A DNA stretch of 64,000 bases from Octopus sinensis. Taxonomy: Eukaryota. The translations under genes and the position numbers were made by a program. The DNA is taken from the NCBI RefSeq assembly GCF_006345805.1, contig NC_043005.1, positions 50,468,001-50,532,000 on the forward strand, written 5' to 3'. Below are positions 14,463 to 27,400 of this stretch, piece by piece. Within the stretch, counting starts at the first letter, position 1; every line of letters begins with the position of its first letter. The notes beneath the pieces are model-generated. The model did no database searches. It saw only the letters and a list, made by a program, of their open reading frames with translations, and was not told the origin of the DNA.

Positions 14463-15729
14463 ATTGGAGATCATAATGATTAAATTCGTGGCTGAGAAAA
14501 TGTTAACTGACACGGAGGAGTGGATGCCACTTTATATTGGAGAAGACTTACTTGTATCATGTTGATTCGCGCCGGTATCAAAATGCCGACGTTTTGACTA
14601 CTGCACAACGCTCTATGACCGCTCTAAAGGCTGTAGTGCGTGATGTGGGCATATGCAATGGTGACCACGAAGCTGTGGCCAGCAGGAGGAACACAGCAGG
14701 CCTTCTGACAGCCTTCGTACACCTGAATGTGTACCCAATCTTTGAGCAGATTATTAGGTTCAGCTCAGACGGCTATGTAAAGCTGTCGAAAACTATGATT
14801 AATGCATTCTTGGAGAGGGTTACTGCTGGATAGCCATGATTGTGAGGGAAGGATACAGCTCTTTGCCACACCTCTGAAAAGGGTCAGAAGTGGTGGTCGC
14901 GAAATTTATGACTTCGCCAGCTACAATTTCTGGTCTTCTAATTCCTTGCAGATTACTATGTACGGGGCTCGGTTGGGAAAGACATCAACTACTCTGCCTC
15001 CAAGACACAAAGAAAGAGCTAATGGCCAAGATCAAGGAAGATGTTCGGAACTTTTCCTGAAGTAGAGTGATGAATGCACGTACCAGGTTCCGGAACCCTC
15101 TTCAGGCTGTGGTGGGAGCTGAGGACTACATTGAGTAAACTGCTATCTCCTAGCCATAATATAATTGATATATGCTGATATACTTTGTTAAAATACATTT
15201 ACGTTTCGATGGGCTATTGTTTTGTTTTTTTTTGTTTTTGTGCAATCTGTCAAATTTATCCCGAACAACCTGTATATCACATCGCTATGGTCTGCATGTA
15301 ATTCTGTCAGCTTCATTCATATTGAAGAGAAGGTCCCGCTCTTATATATACATGTATGCATATACGTATCACTGTCACTGTATCGACCAGACTATCGTAT
15401 GTTGTCATGCACTGCTGTCACGATGAACTTAGTCCTATTTTCGTAACTTTCGAATGATAGATCCTCATTGGTTAGGTGGCAGGCAAATATTCCCCCTAAA
15501 TAAGACGTCGGCTAGTCGCAGGGTCACTCATTTACAGCGGAGTGGACTGGAACAGCATGAAATGAATGAATCATTTTACTCAAGAACACAATGGTATGTA
15601 TACACACACACACACATGTCTATATATATGCGTGTATTATATATATAATATATATATATATATAATTATATATATATGTTGTATATATCCGTATATGTAT
15701 ATGTGTATAAGTATACACACACATATATG

Positions 15730-15768
<39 letters not shown>

Positions 15769-16059
15769 TATATATATATATATTATATATATATATCCAT
15801 ATACATATTATATATATATATATGTGGTGTGTGTGTGTGTGCACATATATATATATATATAATATATATATATATATAATATATGCACACAATGCATACA
15901 CACATACACATACGTGTGTGTATGTGTATGTGAGAGAGAGAGACAGACAGAGAGAGACAGAGAGAGTGAGAAGAGACAAGAAACATATGGACAGAAAGAG
16001 ATGATAGATAACTATACAGACTGATGGATTGATTGATTGATTGACTGATTGATTGATTG

Positions 16060-16096
<37 letters not shown>

Positions 16097-16249
16097 GATT
16101 GATACAGGTTGGTAGTAGTGTCAATATAGTGATATATCTAGAAACACACATGCACACATACGCAGACACAGAAGACAACACTTGTTATTAATCTTACACC
16201 AACTGAATTTAGTAAAACACGCGTCTTGTCACATGCAGCAATGAACCAG

Positions 16250-16925
16250 AAGGAGTGACGGTGACTTCTCGGTGTTTAAAACGATACTTGTGAATGTGAC
16301 ACTATTAATTAGTTATGAGGCAATTTGGTCGCACAGGAAGTGACCGTCTCTTCATATTTCTATAAAAGCATAAAACATAGGAAATGACGTAATCTCTTAG
16401 ATAATTATCGTGGAACATCGAAAAAAAACCGGAAGTAGGTATCGTTTATTTATTCATTTATTTTGTTAGATTTTGCAGGAATCGTTCAGATACGAAGAAT
16501 CACATTTCGTTAGTTTTCTATGAAAGAGCAGAATTCAAGGAGTAGAGTTATCTCTTTAGATTAAATGATGCAACAAAAGTAAAAAGAAAAAACAAAAAAA
16601 GAAAGAAAAAAGAAAGAAAGAAAAGAAAAAAAAGGGTAAAGAAAAAAAATTACGGCGGAGCACGATTCTTTAATGTCGCAGGAAGCATGCAGACCGCACG
16701 CGTAGGAAAAGATGTACCTCTCTCTTCTGAATTTTTGTTTGTTCATAAAACTGTATAAAATGCAGAAGGTGACGTAATCTTGTGGATACATCAAAGAAAT
16801 AATGTGGTGGGATGAGTGGAACTGTCAGGAAGTGGCGTGACACTTGAATTTTGGAAAGAGAATGATGGGAAAGGAAGCGTGAACTCATTCGTTTTCTAAG
16901 AATTAATAAAACACCGGAAGTGAAG
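16250..16925 (+). promoter_or_regulatory. Candidate enhancer: cluster of ETS and ETS/CRE-half-site motifs
   Basis: CAGGAAGTGAC 16334, TAGGAAATGACGT 16378, CCGGAAGT 16429 and 16914, GGTGACGTAA 16768, CAGGAAGTGGCGT 16826, all on one strand in non-repeat sequence. Confidence 0.4.
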
Positions 16926-17011
16926 CATTACTTTGTTTTCCAATGAAGAAAACAACGCCATCACTGTACTTACAACCTCCAGCTATACCACCAAATATTA
17001 TTATTTTCGTT

Positions 17012-17312
<301 letters not shown>

Positions 17313-17542
17313 ATTTTTATAGTTGCTTTCAAAGAAAGGCCATCTACGTGATAGTCAATTATTTACACTTGCAACAGATAACTTTATGTACGTGGAGCTG
17401 TTTACTCCACGATCTTCTGTTCTCTCTTTTCTATGTTTCCCTATGCTTGTCCAGATGTATAAATATATACAACATTCACAAGAAACACAATCGGTATACT
17501 TCCGCTTGTTTTGTTAATCTTTTTCGCACACTTTATTCAGGT

Positions 17543-17573
<31 letters not shown>

Positions 17574-17879
17574 TTGGTTTCACATTTCGGTAAAAAGCCA
17601 GTAATTTCGGAGAAGTGGGTAAGTCGATTACATCGACCCCGATGCTCGACTGGTACTTGTTTCATTGAGCTGAAAGGATGGAGAGTACATTGAAATTGTC
17701 GTTCTGAGTGGTATAGCCAACGTTTCAAGCAGGGTAAAATGAACATGAGGTAAATAGAAGGCAGCAGCTTCCTTGGATTTTGTTTAATTTGATATGCTGA
17801 GACCCCCTTCGATCATGACTTACAATGGGATTGCACCTAGAAAGTTACCTAGAAAGTTACACGGTTGTTTATGGATGGT

Positions 17880-18127
17880 CAGCAGTCGCCCATGCATACC
17901 GGCCGCCCCTCTCCACGCCACCAGTGTTATCCAAGGGAAAGGTGAAGGGGACCGATGCAGCTTGGCACCTGTGGCATCGCAACTCATTTCTACAGCTGAG
18001 TGAACTGGAGCAACGTGAAATATAGTGTCTTGCTCAAGAACACAACACGCGGCCCGGTCCGGGATTCGAACTCACAACCTCGCGATCGTAAGATCAACGC
18101 TCTAACCACTGAGCCATGCGCCTTCAC
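17880..18127 (-). mobile_element. tRNA-headed SINE family C with CORE-like domain (relatives at 3460-3650 -, 7325-7570 +, 40820-41055 -)
   Basis: Minus strand GGCGCATGGCTCAGTGGTTAGAGCG...GAGTTCGAATCCCGG (A and B boxes), then TGTGTTCTTGAGCAAGACACT...CACTCAGCTGTAGAAATGAG. Confidence 0.78.
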
Positions 18128-18384
18128 AATTAGATATATATATATATATAATTTATTAACTACATTCACTTAATGTATATGCTTTGTGTATTTTCCGATG
18201 ACTGTAATTGTGTGGTGGAGTATATATACTGTCAAAGCTCTGGGTGTAAAACACCTCAGAAAAATGGACAGGCGAGATAACTCACCCTCAATCCCATTTG
18301 GGAGTGATGGACACCGGATGTTTCGCCATTTTTGTGGCTTGACAACATCACGTTCCTGCTAAGACTTCCTTTCTATAGCCTATC

Positions 18385-19892
18385 TCTGAGTCAGATGCCT
18401 CACCTTGTAATATCAATGTTTTAAGCGACTTGTTTTTAGTTAATTTTCCCCTAAATTTATCTGAAATAAAATTTCTTTCTTTCTTTCTTTGAACCAGTTA
18501 CATTGAAGGAACCAAGTTTAGCGCGTTAATATTTTGGCCCCTTAATCTTTTCACCAGTACACCGTTGTCTTGCTTCAGAGCTTCGAATAACTGGAAGGAC
18601 CATATGGATAATGTAATATTAGATATACTACGGCGGGAGAAAAAAAATGACAAGATGTTCACGACTGAAATATCTTCATTTGTAGGTCTTTTCAACCAAA
18701 TTCTGAGCTACGATTATTTTACGAGAAAAGCAACAACAAAAACGATAACAACAGCAAATGACAAGTTGTAACGTTCAAACAAATGAAATGTTCCGATATC
18801 CATAGATGTCGATGTTATTGAACGTATTTTTGATCAGAAGGTCTTTTGGAGAGAAGTGACATTTTACAAAAAAAACCTAAAATAAATATCCATATTCCTC
18901 TGTGGGTATTTCTGATTATTTCACTCTAAATATGATTCTGTACCTGGTTTTGTCTGATTTATCGTTTAGTTATGTTTCAATATTATTGGCTTCGGTATGT
19001 CTGTAGTGTTGCTTAGAAGTGTCTGAAGTAATAAATCAAGAGAGAACGAGAGGAAAGAAGACGGAGAATATATGTGCGTATGAGAAGGAGAGAGAGAAGA
19101 AGAAAGAGAGAGAGTGTGTATGTATGTGGAGAGAGGGGAATAGGGGTGAGAGACAGTAGTATCATTCCATTTGATGAATAATATCAGCGTTGGCAACGGA
19201 ACAAAAGATGATTTCTTTTTATATATCCCTTTGAAGCTGAAAGGGAACTATATGCACTGCCCACACGTATGTATATAAATGTAATACTTCCCATGCCCTA
19301 CATTAACACACACACACATATAACAAATAAATGTATTGATACATAAATAGATCTCTTTTTATACGTGTGTGTATTGATGTAGTGCTATATATAACTCCCG
19401 TATGTAAAAATACATATCTATATATATTTGGCGGAGAGATACATCTGCTTGCAATTACGTATTCGTATTGATGCCAGACATCTGTGTCTGTACATACAGC
19501 CACACAAATACACAAATCATTCAAATATATATGGCATGTGTATGGGTCAGTTTTTCACGGGTTACAGGTTAAATAAACCGGCTTCGAAAACTGCTTTCTA
19601 AGGTGACCTGAAGAAGAAGACTGACACAGAGCCACATTTCATTCTTACAAGCGTCTTAATGTTGTAGCTATGAACATATTCACATAGTACAATAAAAATA
19701 AATCTATATTCCCAAGGGATATTAGTCTGTAATAACCTACATGATTCATTTTTCTTGTTAAAATTAGATAGAGGCATATGTGTCATTTGTTTCGCGTCAA
19801 ATTTAATTTATTTCAGATAAATTTAGGAGAAAATTAACTAAAAACAAGTCGCTTAAAGTATTGATATTACAAGGTGAGTCATCTGACTATAG
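18385..19892. repeat. ~90-bp inverted repeats (18385-18472 and 19803-19892) bracketing 1.3 kb
   Basis: AGTCAGATG.CTCACCTTGTAATATCAAT..TTTAAGCGACTTGTTTTTAGTTAATTTTC.CCTAAATTTATCTGAAATAAA and its reverse complement. Confidence 0.85.
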
Positions 19893-20024
19893 AATCATTT
19901 TTGTGTTTAGGAAAAACCTGTATGCGCAGTGATAACGAGATTTTCGCGAGCAGCCTAGTTAATTATTTTCTTCATAATTTGATATTTTTACATTCAAATA
20001 TGGTTAGTGCATCAAAAACAAAAC

Positions 20025-21550
20025 AAATAATGAAAAGTGGGAAAAAGAAGGTTAACTTTCTACAGATTGGTTTCCAATGGGGAGAGACAGGAGAGGTTGA
20101 TTGTATTGAATATAGAATAGCAAAGGAACCAATGAAGACTAACGAACTGAAAATCGATCAAAATTCTAGATGTCCTACTTCGATTGGTAAATCCAAAGAT
20201 TATTTTGTGAAAATTCTTAAAGATCAGTCAATTTGTTGATTTCTTTAAGAATGTTAATACCACAGATTAAAATATAATTGCAGCGTGGTAGACACATATT
20301 GGCCATTGAAAACAAACAAAAAGACCATTAACTTAATGTTTGGTGATAAAATTTTCATCCACTAACTGACGCGGTCATTGATGTGGTCACTGCCGCGGTC
20401 ACTGATGCGGTCACTGACGCATTTCCACTGCATCTGGTTTATGGTGAGGTTGTTGGTTGACATATATAAGTTCCAAGGTTCTCCACATATTTGATTTCTG
20501 AAGTTATTGTCGAATAAGTGCTTCTCAGATTATTGCCGAGAAGCTTCTGATGCCTGAAAGACTTGTGTGTATAGAATTTCTTTGAAAGAAATCTGTGTCT
20601 TTTCTGAGACAAATTTCACTTTCTAGGGAAACTGTTAAATGAAGGTAATTAAGAAAAAAAAGTCTGAACATCTATATGAGCAACCAAACGAGATTGTACA
20701 AAGACTTTAATTTTCATGGTAAATTGACGAAACTGTTATTCATAACCATAATCCTTTCAAAACTTAAGTTTGATTTATAACATCCGCAATTGCTGAGAGA
20801 AGAAGCTAAATCCTCCTGAACTGATTGAAGTGAAACAGTACCTAGAGGATCAACAGTGAAATAGTTTGATTTAGATTATTTCAGATGATGCTGGTGCAAT
20901 GGTTGGTAAAGAAAAAGGTTTTATAAAAAGTTTGAAAAAATTGTGCCACATATATTATGTGTACTGCTTTATTAACATACAATACTTAATGGTAACACAG
21001 CTTAGTGGTAACATGATAAATGCTGTTTTTGGTGATAGCTCGGCAATTAATTTTATCTACACTAATGATTTTAATGATAGAATTTATACACAATTTTTAT
21101 TTTTATGATAAGGAATGTAAAACTTGGGTTCGGCACATGGAAGTATGATAACTATCGAAGAAGAATAGCCTGTACAGTGTAGTTACCCTGTGGGAGATAC
21201 TAATCAATTTTTGACAGTTCATATCACCGAATAGACAGAAAAATTAATAGATGAGGAAATATAAAGCAAAGATTTTGTTTGCTTAAGGGATATATTCAAG
21301 TCAATCAACAAATTAAATCTGATATTCTAAGGACAAAAGTTTGACATGAAAAAGTGTAAAAAAAATTTTAAATCTCACAAAAAATTGCTTTATTGGAAGA
21401 ATCGATGAATCGCTTGGAAAGAAATAACAAAAACATGTCTGTTTTCAAGAACTTGACATAGCAGTCCAATAGAAGATTATATCTAAGATTACGGAGAACA
21501 AATGAAGAGCCCATATTGGAATTTCGAAAACAGATTGCGATATAAAAATA
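20025..21550 (+). pseudogene. Highly decayed hAT (Charlie/Buster, ZBED5-like) transposase
   Basis: FLQIGF...EPMKTNELK...GKSKDYF (BED-finger-like), SDDAGAMVGKEKGF...YCFINIQYL (TDGA..M.G...HC..H...L-like), AINFI..NDRIY, and HMEV**LSK (HTEVRWLSK-like), in the expected order with stops and frameshifts. Confidence 0.72.
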
Positions 21551-22010
21551 GCAGCATAATACTCTAAATTATGATGCTACGAACCAATGAACACACAGAC
21601 CCCATCACCACCACCACCACCACCACCACCATAATTTTTGGTGAAATTGCTGTAAATGAAAGAAAATTAAGAATTGAAAAATTTATGCTAATTACTGACA
21701 CAAAACCATAAATTTGAAAACTGGATCAATCAACACCATAATTTCATTTTCAACGACTGATTTGTAAAGCAGGTATTTTTTTAATCTTTATTTTTCTGAT
21801 TTCAGCGACAGAGTCAGACAAAAGAGAAACAGACCAAATGTTAACGAGCGCGACTGTGCAACTGAAATTGAATCAGGCTCTTGAGAGCAAGACACCAAAA
21901 ATGACCCCAAAATAACAAGATTTTTAATATAGTTTAGCGAAATACCTAATGTGGGAGAGAGTTATAGTCGATTGTTTAAGCGTACGATATGAATGTGGTT
22001 AATATTATCA

Positions 22011-22460
22011 AGGGCGGCGAGCTGGCAGAAACGTTAGCACGCCGGGCGAAATGCGTAGCGGTATTTCGTCTGCCGTTACGTTCTGAGTTCAAATTCTGCC
22101 GAGGTCGACTTTGCCTTTCATCCTTTTGGGGTCGATAAATTAAGTACCAGTTATGCACTGGGGTAAATGCAATCGATTTAATCCCTTTGTCTGTCCTTGT
22201 TTGTTCTCTCTGTGTTTAGCTCCTTGTAGGTAGTAAAGAAATGGGTATTTCGCCAATCGCTACGTTCTGAGTTCAAATTCCGCTGATGTCGACTTCACCT
22301 TTCATCCTTTTGGGGTCGATAAAATGAGTACCAGTGAAATACTGGGGTCGATGTGATCCACCAATTCTGCACGCAAATTTCAGGTCTTGTGCGTAGAACG
22401 AATTATTATTATCGTTATTAAGGCGGCGAACTAGCAGAATCGTTACCATGTCGGACAAAA
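22011..22460 (+). mobile_element. SINE family A tandem/dimeric cluster
   Basis: A full copy at 22011-22242, a second headless copy to ~22400, and a head fragment at 22420-22460. Confidence 0.85.
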
Positions 22461-22933
22461 TTTTGGACTAAAACAAAATGGAGACGAACACCAATTTTTC
22501 TATGTGATCGGCTTGAAGAATTGTCGTGATATTTTCTTTACATGAAACCGACGCTAACCTTAATACATAAATAAAGTATATGTATGTATGTATGTATGTA
22601 TGTATGAATAAGAAATCTTGCATAGCTACTAAAGTAATCTAGAGATATAGGAAAGATATCACTCTAGCTTGATCAGTGCCAATAAACTTGGAATAATTGA
22701 ATAAGTATGTGCTTCAGATGGAATAGAGTGTTCAGAATCTGGCAACCATAAAGAACATAAAACTCGGCTTATATCATAAACACAACATATGCACAGATAC
22801 ATACTTACTTAAATACATACATGTGCATATGTGTGTGTGTGTGTATGTGTTTAGTGTGCATGTGTTTGGTGTGAATGTGTGTGTGTGCGCGCATATATGT
22901 GTGCATTTATATATATATATATATATATAATAT

Positions 22934-22967
<34 letters not shown>

Positions 22968-23008
22968 ATATATATATATATATTATATATATATATATAT
23001 ATACGATA

Positions 23009-23070
23009 CCCGAGGACAGTCTGTTTCTGGATTTGTGGGTAAAACGCCACTTTTCCTTCATCAGCTCAGA
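23009..23070 (-). ncRNA. Minimal type I hammerhead ribozyme (first of 3 minus-strand copies; TCATCAG at 23058, 23619, 24179)
   Basis: Reverse complement of the motif at 24375-24436 (CCCGAG GACAGTCTGTTTC...TCATCAG CTCAGA). Confidence 0.78.
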
Positions 23071-24374
23071 GATTTCTTCTTATTTAGATTTGAAAATACT
23101 AAGAATCAAACATACCCGTCCGATATCTGTAACATCGGACAAACCATGCCAGACACCCAGTACTAGCGAATCCAAAAATACGAATGAGATCTATTATTCT
23201 CCCTGTCCACCCACGTGAGTCATAGAGCATTACATTTCTACAGAGGTAAAAACTGTAGTTCAAATTCTTGGAGAGAAAAGTATTATATTGTCATCAAAAA
23301 AGGGGGTAGAATTAATTAATTGTTAATAAATTCGACCAAGCAGTATTCGGTATGTAAAGACCATTTACGGTGTATTTGAAGTATTAATTTATAAAAATAT
23401 GGTAAAGTAAAAAATTCACTTTACCACACACCGAACTTTTCAGAAATAGCAGCCAAAAATATGGCTATTTCTTCAACTGCAAATAAAAGTCTCCAGACAA
23501 TGCATACTCAGAAAATAACTCACATAGGTATAAGGGAAAAACAATGAAAGATCACATCCATATACGATACCCGAGGACAGTCTGTTTCTGGATTTGTGGG
23601 TAAAACGCCACTTTTCCTTCATCAGCTCAGAGATTTCTTCTTATTTAGATTTGAAAATACTAAGAATCAAACATACCCGTCCGATATCTGTAACATCGGA
23701 CAAACCATGCCAGACACCCAGTACTAGCGAATCCAAAAATACGAATGAGATCTATTATTCTCCCTGTCCACCCACGTGAGTCATAGAGCATTACATTTCT
23801 ACAGAGGTAAAAACTGTAGTTCAAATTCTTGGAGAGAAAAGTATTATATTGTCATCAAAAAAGGGGGTAGAATTAATTAATTGTTAATAAATTCGACCAA
23901 GCAGTATTCGGTATGTAAAGACCATTTACGGTGTATTTGAAGTATTAATTTATAAAAATATGGTAAAGTAAAAAATTCACTTTACCACACACCGAACTTT
24001 TCAGAAATAGCAGCCAAAAATATGGCTATTTCTTCAACTGCAAATAAAAGTCTCCAGACAATGCATACTCAGAAAATAACTCACATAGGTATAAGGGAAA
24101 AACAATGAAAGATCACATCCATATACGATACCCGAGGACAGTCTGTTTCTGGATTGTGGGTAAAACGCCACTTTTCCTTCATCAGCTCAGAGATTTCTTC
24201 TTATTTAGATTTGAAAATACTAAGAATCAAACATACCCGTCCGATATCTGTAACATCGGACAAACCATGCCAGACACCCAGTACTAGCGAGTCTGGCATG
24301 GTTTGTCCGATGTTACAGATATCGGACGGGTATGTTTGATTCTTAGTATTTTCAAATCTAAATAAGAAGAAATC

Positions 24375-24436
24375 TCTGAGCTGATGAAGGAAAAGTGGCG
24401 TTTTACCCACAAATCCAGAAACAGACTGTCCTCGGG
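24375..24436 (+). ncRNA. Minimal type I hammerhead ribozyme (first of 8 plus-strand copies; CUGAUGA at 24381, 24940, 25501, 26063, 26622, 27183, 27742, 28300)
   Basis: TCTGAG-CTGATGA-A-GGA-aaa-GTGG..CCAC-aaa-TCC-A-GAAA-CAG-A-CTG-TC-CTCGGG. Stem I UCUGAG/CUCGGG (2 G-U pairs), stem II GGA/UCC plus GUGG/CCAC, stem III ACAG/CUGU with a 1-nt loop, GUC cleavage triplet ending at 24430. The base of stem II is non-canonical (A opposite A). Confidence 0.78.
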
Positions 24437-27400
24437 TATCGTATATGGATGTGATCTTCATTGTTTTTCCCTTATACCTATGTGAGTTATTTTCTGAGTA
24501 TGCATTGTCTGGAGACTTTTATTTGCAGTTGAAGAAATAGCCATATTTTTGGCTGCTATTCTGAAAAGTTCGGTGTGTGGTAAAGTGAATTTTTTACTTT
24601 ACCATATTTTTATAAATTAATACTTCAAATACACCGTAAATGGTCTTTACATACCGAATACTGCTTGGTCGAATTTATTAACAATTAATTAATTCTACCC
24701 CCTTTTTTGATGACAATATAATACTTTTCTCTCCAAGAATTTGAACTACAGTTTTTACCTCTGTAGAAATGTAATGCTCTATGACTCACGTGGGTGGACA
24801 GGGAGAATAATAGATCTCATTCGTATTTTTGGATTCGCTAGTACTGGGTGTCTGGCATGGTTTGTCCGATGTTACAGATATCGGACGGGTATGTTTGATT
24901 CTTAGTATTTTCAAATCTAAATAAGAAGAAATCTCTGAGCTGATGAAGGAAAAGTGGCGTTTTACCCACAAATCCAGAAACAGACTGTCCTCGGGTATCG
25001 TATATGGATGTGATCTTTCATTGTTTTTCCCTTATACCTATGTGAGTTATTTTCTGAGTATGCATTGTCTGGAGACTTTTATTTGCAGTTGAAGAAATAG
25101 CCATATTTTTGGCTGCTATTTCTGAAAAGTTCGGTGTGTGGTAAAGTGAATTTTTTTACTTTACCATATTTTTATAATTAATACTTCAAATACACCGTAA
25201 ATGGTCTTTACATACCGAATACTGCTTGGTCGAATTTATTAACAATTAATTAATTCTACCCCCTTTTTTGATGACAATATAATACTTTTCTCTCCAAGAA
25301 TTTGAACTACAGTTTTTACCTCTGTAGAAATGTAATGCTCTATGACTCACGTGGGTGGACAGGGAGAATAATAGATCTCATTCGTATTTTTGGATTCGCT
25401 AGTACTGGGTGTCTGGCATGGTTTGTCCGATGTTACAGATATCGGACGGGTATGTTTGATTCTTAGTATTTTCAAATCTAAATAAGAAGAAATCTCTGAG
25501 CTGATGAAGGAAAAGTGGCGTTTTACCCACAAATCCAGAAACAGACTGTCCTCGGGTATCGTATATGGATGTGATCTTTCATTGTTTTTCCCTTATACCT
25601 ATGTGAGTTATTTTCTGAGTATGCATTGTCTGGAGACTTTTATTTGCAGTTGAAGAAATAGCCATATTTTTGGCTGCTATTTCTGAAAAGTTCGGTGTGT
25701 GGTAAAGTGAATTTTTTTACTTTACCATATTTTTATAAATTAATACTTCAAATACACCGTAAATGGTCTTTACATACCGAATACTGCTTGGTCGAATTTA
25801 TTAACAATTAATTAATTCTACCCCCTTTTTTGATGACAATATAATACTTTTCTCTCCAAGAATTTGAACTACAGTTTTTACCTCTGTAGAAATGTAATGC
25901 TCTATGACTCACGTGGGTGGACAGGGAGAATAATAGATCTCATTCGTATTTTTGGATTCGCTAGTACTGGGTGTCTGGCATGGTTTGTCCGATGTTACAG
26001 ATATCGGACGGGTATGTTTGATTCTTAGTATTTTCAAATCTAAATAAGAAGAAATCTCTGAGCTGATGAAGGAAAAGTGCGTTTTACCCACAAATCCAGA
26101 AACAGACTGTCCTCGGGTATCGTATATGGATGTGATCTTTCATTGTTTTTCCCTTATACCTATGTGAGTTATTTTCTGAGTATGCATTGTCTGGAGACTT
26201 TTATTTGCAGTTGAAGAAATAGCCATATTTTTGGCTGCTATTTCTGAAAAGTTCGGTGTGTGGTAAAGTGAATTTTTTACTTTACCATATTTTTATAAAT
26301 TAATACTTCAAATACACCGTAAATGGTCTTTACATACCGAATACTGCTTGGTCGAATTATTAACAATTAATTAATTCTACCCCCTTTTTTGATGACAATA
26401 TAATACTTTTCTCTCCAAGAATTTGAACTACAGTTTTTACCTCTGTAGAAATGTAATGCTCTATGACTCACGTGGGTGGACAGGGAGAATAATAGATCTC
26501 ATTCGTATTTTTGGATTCGCTAGTACTGGGTGTCTGGCATGGTTTGTCCGATGTTACAGATATCGGACGGGTATGTTTGATTCTTAGTATTTTCAAATCT
26601 AAATAAGAAGAAATCTCTGAGCTGATGAAGGAAAAGTGGCGTTTTACCCACAAATCCAGAAACAGACTGTCCTCGGGTATCGTATATGGATGTGATCTTT
26701 CATTGTTTTTCCCTTATACCTATGTGAGTTATTTTCTGAGTATGCATTGTCTGGAGACTTTTATTTGCAGTTGAAGAAATAGCCATATTTTTGGCTGCTA
26801 TTTCTGAAAAGTTCGGTGTGTGGTAAAGTGAATTTTTTTACTTTACCATATTTTTATAAATTAATACTTCAAATACACCGTAAATGGTCTTTACATACCG
26901 AATACTGCTTGGTCGAATTTATTAACAATTAATTAATTCTACCCCCTTTTTTGATGACAATATAATACTTTTCTCTCCAAGAATTGAACTACAGTTTTTA
27001 CCTCTGTAGAAATGTAATGCTCTATGACTCACGTGGGTGGACAGGGAGAATAATAGATCTCATTCGTATTTTTGGATTCGCTAGTACTGGGTGTCTGGCA
27101 TGGTTTGTCCGATGTTACAGATATCGGACGGGTATGTTTGATTCTTAGTATTTTCAAATCTAAATAAGAAGAAATCTCTGAGCTGATGAAGGAAAAGTGG
27201 CGTTTTACCCACAAATCCAGAAACAGACTGTCCTCGGGTATCGTATATGGATGTGATCTTCATTGTTTTTCCCTTATACCTATGGAGTTATTTTCTGAGT
27301 ATGCATTGTCTGGAGACTTTTATTTGCAGTTGAAGAAATAGCCATATTTTTGGCTGCTATTTCTGAAAAGTTCGGTGTGTGGTAAAGTGAATTTTTTACT

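Noticed and set aside
14470-15150. Possible coding exon or retroelement ORF1 remnant
   Set aside because: Stops occur in all frames and there is no motif I can name.
18050-18127. tRNA genes (also 7325-7400, 22011-22100, 40980-41055)
   Set aside because: A/B boxes are present but continue into shared SINE bodies, with no clean cloverleaf or acceptor stem. These are SINE heads.
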